NCBI GenBank assembly: GCA_024277275.1
Contig: JAJRVO010000336.1
Location: 1-48,505, forward strand
Reading direction: 5' to 3'
From: Chloroflexota bacterium
GTDB taxonomy: Bacteria; Chloroflexota; Anaerolineae; 4572-78; J111
Length of the DNA: 48,505 bases
Both the position numbers and the translations under genes were made by a program. The notes under the pieces are model-generated. The model had not been told where the DNA came from. It searched no databases and was given only the letters and a program-made list of their open reading frames with translations. The number at the start of each line of letters is the position of its first letter. The stretch's first letter is position 1. Below are positions 44,062 through 48,505 of the stretch, one piece after another.

Positions 44062-45941
44062 TTAATTGGAAGGAGCAATAACATCTGAAGCGGTGACTGA
44101 AGTTGGCACCGATTCTACGGCGGGCGTGGCAACCCCAGCCGGTTCAAACTCAACTTCGCGGATGGTCAGGGTATCGTAGTTAACGTGGGCCATAGATTCG
44201 TCAAACGTTTCGGTAAAAAAGCCAACCTCGCCGCCGGCGTAATCAGCATCGCTTACCTGGATGACCGGCTGCCCATTGATGTGGAAGATAAAATCAGAGC
44301 CGTTGGTATCCACGCGGAGGGTGTCTGCGTTGTTCTCGCTAAGAGCGTGTTTCTTAAAGACCGCAGAGGTTTTCTGCGAGACATTTTTAAGCGAATTTGC
44401 CCCGGTTATGAACCTGACTTACAGTTAAAATCGGCTTCGGAAACCTCTGCGGTCTGGTCTACACGATTTAAGAAACACGCTCTAAGACCCTGGATAGAGT
44501 CGTCAGCGCCCTCTGCCAGAACTTCTAACCCGGCGGCGGAACTTTTAAGCGCGTACCAGTTTTTGCTTCGGGGCGAGACGGTGAAGGCGTAAAATTGCTC
44601 GCCTGTGCGGCGAACAACCAGGCCATAGCGGAAGTCGCCGATATCGGTGCCGGTTTTGGCTACAAAAATATTGCTTTCAACGGTAACGTTGTCAAAACCC
44701 GGACCTCGGGAAATTAACCCTCTCTCGCCGGGGGCGTGAACTTCAACGTGGTAAAAATCGGGAGGATGGTAGCCAAAAAGGCCGCTTTCTGCTTCCAGCT
44801 CCGGCCAACCGCTGGTGGGGTTGGTGAAGTTGTCCTCAAACAACACCGTTTCAGTCTCGACAACCGTAACCTCATCTGCCGCGCAGCGAACGCCGGATGT
44901 AGCAGACATTGTAGGCACGCTTGGATCGCCCTGAAGGCGGTAGGCCATATCCTGGACAAAACCGTGCGTGCCGCCGCGCAAAACCCGATTGCCCTCTTCA
45001 ACCGGAGCATAGGGGTCTCCCACCCACTCCCAAACGTTGCCGGCCATATCAAAAACGCCAAAGGGGCTGCGGTTGGCAACGATGCTGCCCACGGCATATG
45101 TGCCGGCCCGGGGGAGTTCAACATCGCGCTCGGTATCTCCCCAGGGGTATGCCAGGCCATGACGACCTCGGGCCGCAGCCTCCCATTCGGCTTCGGTGGG
45201 CAGGCGTTTTCCAGCCCATTGGCAATAAGCGGTAGCTATGTCCCAGGTAATGCCCTCAACCGGGTGGTTTTCTTTTTCGGCCGGAATTGTTCCTGTGGAC
45301 CAGCTTACAGGCGGCTCACGGTCGCCTTCAGCCAAAAATTCCGCATATTGAGCGTTGGTCGCCTCGTATTGATCAATCCAAAACTCGGTCAGTTCAATTT
45401 GCTGTGTTGGGGCGTACTCTGTGCCGGTTACATCCGAGCCGATAATATACGAGTCGGCATGGATTTTAACCATCTGTTTAGACAAGGGCAGGTTAACTGA
45501 GGCCAGGGCTTGCTCTCCCGGCAACGATGGAGATTGCACAAACCGAGAAACCGCATACACGGCCCCCAGGCCAATTAAAAATATAAAAATGGCAACCCCA
45601 ATTCCAACCGACCACAGGAGCGTGTTATTTTTCTTGACAGGTTGGACCGCTTGCATCACGGCAGAGGTGGGTTCAGGCGTTGACGCAATTGGCGTTGACC
45701 TTATCCCTGATGGGCCGGTATCTTGCCGGCTATTTACTCGCGTTTTCTTTTTAGGCGACGGAATAGTCATTTCTTGGAGACTTCGCTTGGCGTCTCTCAA
45801 CCCCGTGGCCATATAGGCAGCAGTTTGGTAACGGTCGGCTGGAGATTTTGCCAGCGCTTTTTGAATGACTTCAACTAATTTATCGGGGGCGTCGCTTTCC
45901 AGGTTTTTTATAGCGACACAGTTTGCAAAGCCCCATAAATG
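44062..45941 (-). pseudogene. Decayed Ser/Thr kinase / FGE-sulfatase (SUMF1-like) gene: 5-prime truncated and disrupted near the 3-prime end by a 138-bp MITE
   Basis: The frame upstream of the ATG at 45812 encodes AIKNLESDAPDKLVEVIQKALAKSPADRYQTAAYMATGL, the C-terminal lobe of a protein kinase domain only, bounded by TGA at 45944-42. A TM helix follows, then the FGE domain (FWIDQYEATNAQY, HPVEGITWD, RLPTEAEWE, NVWEWV, RVLRGG). The C-terminal beta-rich domain is split between ORFs 44406..45812 and 44062..44313, which lie in different frames. Confidence 0.75.
44344..44481. mobile_element. 138-bp MITE with roughly 35-bp imperfect terminal inverted repeats and a 5-bp target-site duplication (CTAAG)
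   Basis: CTAAG occurs at 44339-43 and at 44482-86. The left end AGCGTGTTTCTTAAAGACCGCAGAGGTTT pairs with the right end AAACCTCTGCGGTCT(ggtctacacga)TTTAAGAAACACGCT. Removing the element plus one CTAAG joins ...DDSIQGL to SENNADTLRVDTNGSDFIFHINGQ... in frame. Confidence 0.75.
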
Positions 45942-46109
45942 TCAAGCGTCTTTGTCCAAAAAAGTGTCCTTAAAGACCCGGCAGGTCTTTCAATCCCAAA
46001 AATTATTAGCTTCTGATAGAATCAATATAAATTTTTTATAAAAACCCCTATAAAAATTATAACAAAAATACAAAAAACAACAAATCCTTAACAATAGAAT
46101 TTATGGGGC
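45930..46109. repeat. AT-rich segment bounded by an 11-bp inverted repeat (GCCCCATAAAT / ATTTATGGGGC), at the kinase truncation point
   Basis: The inverted repeat lies at 45930-40 and 46099-109. The interior is strongly AT-rich and contains GTGTCCTTAAAGACCCGGCAGGTCTTT (45964-90), which resembles the MITE terminus GTGTTTCTTAAAGACCGCAGAGG. Confidence 0.6.
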
Positions 46110-46285
46110 GTTGTTTTTTAGCATAGTGAGGTGGTTTGTGGGGCGGTGCAAGTATTGACGCAGGGAGCTACCACTTTGGTCGAGGCGTTTGCCGGCGGGG
46201 TTGGAGCCAGCTTGGCGGGGGGCGGATAGCTTTAGATTTTAGGCGTTTATTATGCACACATCGACAGTTTTTTATCGATAATTTT

Positions 46286-46378
46286 GAATAGTGAATTGGG
46301 AATAATGAATTGTGAACGGCTTGGTAGCAGTAAATTTTCATTAACAATTCACAATTGGCAATTCACAATTGGCAATTG
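46286..46378. repeat. Periodic palindrome (GAATTGTGA/TCACAATT type)
   Basis: gaatagtgaattgggaataatgaattgtgaa ... ttcattaacaattcacaattggcaattcacaattggcaattg. Confidence 0.9.
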
Positions 46379-46439
46379 ATCCAGCCATTGTCCACCGATA
46401 ATTGTGAATCCCCATTGATCATGATAAAATTCACCTCTT

Positions 46440-48080
46440 ATGCTGGGAGCTTACTTTTCTCCATTGGCGCCGGCGGCTGTTTTGCTGTTGAGCGTCTTCA
46501 TTTTGCCTGTTGTTATTTTGCCTGCCCATCGGGGGATACGTAATTTTGGCGCTTCGGGGTTGGTGGGAGTAGCTTTTTTGAGCCTGCTGGGTATTCGCCT
46601 CACCCCCGGCAGCGACGCTATGGGCGCGGGACTGGAACTACTCTCCGGCTGGAACTTTTCCACGGCCGAGTCCGCCGCGGCGCTAACAGTCAGGGCCGAC
46701 ACGTTGAGCCTGCCCTTTCTCATTGTAACCTTGCTGGTTCTCCTGGCCGTGACGCTACTTCGCTCCGATGCTGCCGCAGCCGAGAACGGTCATTGGACTC
46801 AAGTATCCGGCTGGCTGTTGATGGGGGCGGGCGCTTGCCTGCTGTTTGTCTCGGCTAATGGCTTGACCCAACTTTATGCGGTTATGGTTTTTGATACCTT
46901 TGCCGCGTTTTATTGGCTGGGACGAGGCCACCGTAATTTGGGCGTCGCTCGGTTGTTTTTGGGGATATTCACTGCCGCCGGGTTGATATTGGCTACGTTA
47001 ACCCCAACAATTGGAGCTGTACCCGGCCTGCTGTTGTTGGGCCTGGCTCTGTGGTTGCGATTGGGACTGTACCCCTTTATGGAAGCCACAGCCCACGCCC
47101 CCTGGCGCAGCGACGAGCGTTTGGCCTATCTAAGCCTGTCTCTGACCGTGGGAATGTATCTGGTTATCAGAGTGGTCAGCGAGCCTCTGCCGGAGATTAT
47201 CCGCTGGCTGACCGTCGTCGCCATGCTGTTGGGCGGTTTATTGACCTGGTTGACCGGGTCGTCTCTTCCCCTTGCCGGAGATGCAGGCAAGCCGGTGGGA
47301 GAAAGACGCGCTTCATTGCTGGCCTGGTTGGTTTTTACCGAAGCCCTGCTCATCTTGGCGGCACGGCCATTGGCTACCGGTACGGCCATCGCTTTTGCTG
47401 TTGGCCTCATCTTGAGTCTGGTTGCTCTGTGGGTTACGCCAGCCCTGGGACGGCCTCGTCTTAGCGAGGGGGCCTGGTCATGGCCCTATCTGCCCGCCGT
47501 TGTCGCCACCCTAACCTTGATTGGCGCGCCCCTTTTGCTGGGCTTGCCGGCCCGAGTCGCCATTTACCAATCGCTGTTTCGTATAGACAAATTAACTATT
47601 GTTTTGATTGTCATCCTGGCTGAAGGGTTAGCTTTGAGCGGGTTGATTCGCTACTGGCTAATTTTGGGACAAGGCAATGAAGCCGGCGGTCGTCGCTCTG
47701 TGGTAGGGATTGTGGCGATGGTTCCATTTTTGACGCCCGGCTTGGCTCCCTTTATTTTATCGGCCATAACTGAAATTGAGTTGTCTTTGGGCGGAGTGGA
47801 GTGGTCATTTGGCTTATTGGGTATTAACATTGCCATTGTGTTAGGGGCTGTTGGCTTAGGTTATTTTAGGGGCCAAATCATCGACCGGCTAGAAATTCCG
47901 GCTGAAACTATGGTTAGACTCATCCGCTTGAATTGGCTGCTCCGCTGGGGGGAGTCGCGCCTTAACCAAATTAGTAAGGTAGCGCTCCGGGTTCGGGTGA
48001 CTCTGGAAGGACAGCATTATTTGGGTTGGGCAGTTTTTACAGCGTTAGTAGGAGCCTTAATTATTCTTTTAAGAACGTAG
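46440..48080 (+). CDS. Polytopic membrane protein of unknown function (546 aa)
   Basis: A long ORF with at least 12 hydrophobic helices. The N-terminal region (RADTLSLPFLIVTLLVLLAV) shows only a vague resemblance to NuoL/N/MrpD-type antiporter-like subunits. Confidence 0.5.
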   Translation: MLGAYFSPLAPAAVLLLSVFILPVVILPAHRGIRNFGASGLVGVAFLSLLGIRLTPGSDAMGAGLELLSGWNFSTAESAAALTVRADTLSLPFLIVTLLVLLAVTLLRSDAAAAENGHWTQVSGWLLMGAGACLLFVSANGLTQLYAVMVFDTFAAFYWLGRGHRNLGVARLFLGIFTAAGLILATLTPTIGAVPGLLLLGLALWLRLGLYPFMEATAHAPWRSDERLAYLSLSLTVGMYLVIRVVSEPLPEIIRWLTVVAMLLGGLLTWLTGSSLPLAGDAGKPVGERRASLLAWLVFTEALLILAARPLATGTAIAFAVGLILSLVALWVTPALGRPRLSEGAWSWPYLPAVVATLTLIGAPLLLGLPARVAIYQSLFRIDKLTIVLIVILAEGLALSGLIRYWLILGQGNEAGGRRSVVGIVAMVPFLTPGLAPFILSAITEIELSLGGVEWSFGLLGINIAIVLGAVGLGYFRGQIIDRLEIPAETMVRLIRLNWLLRWGESRLNQISKVALRVRVTLEGQHYLGWAVFTALVGALIILLRT

Positions 48081-48133
48081 AGTATAAAGTGGCAAAGCCA
48101 CAACCAAATTAACTACAGCGTCGTCGCTTGGCG

Positions 48134-48193
48134 TGTCATTGGTCATTTGTCCTTCGTCATTTGCAAATGACAAGTGACCAATGACCAATGACA
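48134..48193. repeat. Heptamer-periodic palindrome (GTCATTG / TGACCAA type)
   Basis: gtgtcattggtcatttgtccttcgtcatttg caaatgacaagtgaccaatgaccaatgac, with almost no loop. Confidence 0.9.
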
Positions 48194-48209
48194 AAAGATT
48201 TGATTTTCT

Positions 48210-48505
48210 ATGCCAACGTTACCAGAGATTTTAGATCAGTTACAATTTATTGGGTATGAAACCACTTTGCTGGGATTATTTATCACCGCCAGCATCATTT
48301 TGATTGTTCGTGATTGGCGGTTTTTGATTTTGGCGCTGCTGGCCCAATATATTTTGGTTGGGTTGACCCTTTCTCGGTTGGTGCGGCCTGATATTGCCGT
48401 ATTAGGAGTGCTGATTGGCGCTTTTATTTGCCCCATCCTCTTTTTATCGGCGCGACAAGTGGCTATTGACCCTCTTTCTATCTCTGCCTTAACCCCGCCG
48501 AAAAA
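48210..48505 (+). CDS. Membrane protein, N-terminal fragment (runs off the window)
   Basis: My own translation from the ATG at 48210 reads MPTLPEILDQLQFIGYETTLLGLFITASIILIVRDWRFLILALLAQYILVGLTLSRLV... and stays open to the window end. Confidence 0.4.
   Translation, partial: MPTLPEILDQLQFIGYETTLLGLFITASIILIVRDWRFLILALLAQYILVGLTLSRLVRPDIAVLGVLIGAFICPILFLSARQVAIDPLSISALTPPK

Noticed and set aside
43805-44062. 85-aa minus-strand ORF downstream of ftsZ
   Set aside because: It runs through the ftsZ terminator hairpin and the CGCCAAG palindrome, so its translation is repeat-derived.
45990-46100. AT-rich block as a replication origin
   Set aside because: No cluster of DnaA-box-like 9-mers (TTATCCACA or its complement) is visible, and there are no adjacent dnaA or dnaN genes. 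It fits a promoter or insertion scar better.
1-48505. Genome-wide stop-codon reassignment (TAA/TAG read as sense) as the explanation for the four internal stops
   Set aside because: TAA, TAG and TGA all terminate neighbouring conserved genes at the expected lengths (rsmH TAA, ftsL and ftsI TAG, murF and mraY TGA). Reading through them would run into the next gene in a different frame.
1-48505. tRNA, rRNA or known riboswitch genes in the intergenic gaps
   Set aside because: I found no cloverleaf-compatible segment with a GTTCGAATC-like T-loop and no rRNA-like stretch. The structured spacers are explained by the periodic palindromes. An Rfam or tRNAscan run would be needed to exclude small ncRNAs.

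Overview
This is a 48.5 kb bacterial chromosomal window. The gene content hints at a filamentous monoderm lineage such as Chloroflexota, but that is a low-confidence inference. The left part (1-22.4 kb) is almost entirely minus strand. It carries a DUF1624-like membrane acyltransferase (partial), a PfkB sugar kinase, an unknown 81+366 aa ORF pair, a Gfo/Idh/MocA oxidoreductase and an orphan DNA methyltransferase. It also carries a CUT1-type sugar ABC importer (two permeases plus a LysM-fused binding protein), an FtsX/MacB-type permease, a roughly 1850 aa kinase-like/STAND-ATPase/TPR/GAF/class III cyclase gene, a DUF2085 protein and gmd-rmd. From 22.6 to 43.8 kb on the plus strand lies a nearly complete dcw cell-division/cell-wall cluster: mraZ-rsmH-ftsL-ftsI-murF-mraY-orf96-murD-ftsW-murG-(two CvpA-like paralogs)-murC-orf79-murB-ddl-ftsQ-ftsA-ftsZ, with no murE. 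The right end holds a decayed kinase/FGE-sulfatase gene and polytopic membrane proteins. Four things are not explained by ordinary annotation. (1) A pervasive family of heptamer-periodic palindromic repeats sits in most of the larger intergenic gaps, including many gene junctions of the dcw cluster, and is inserted in frame inside coding sequences. (2) Small TIR-bounded MITE-like elements are present, and one disrupts a gene such that precise excision restores the reading frame. (3) Four same-frame TAA/TAG interruptions fall inside otherwise conserved genes (mraZ, ftsA, the cyclase domain, and the 81/366 aa pair). (4) Extra membrane-protein genes are embedded in the dcw cluster. No rRNA, tRNA or CRISPR array was recognised.
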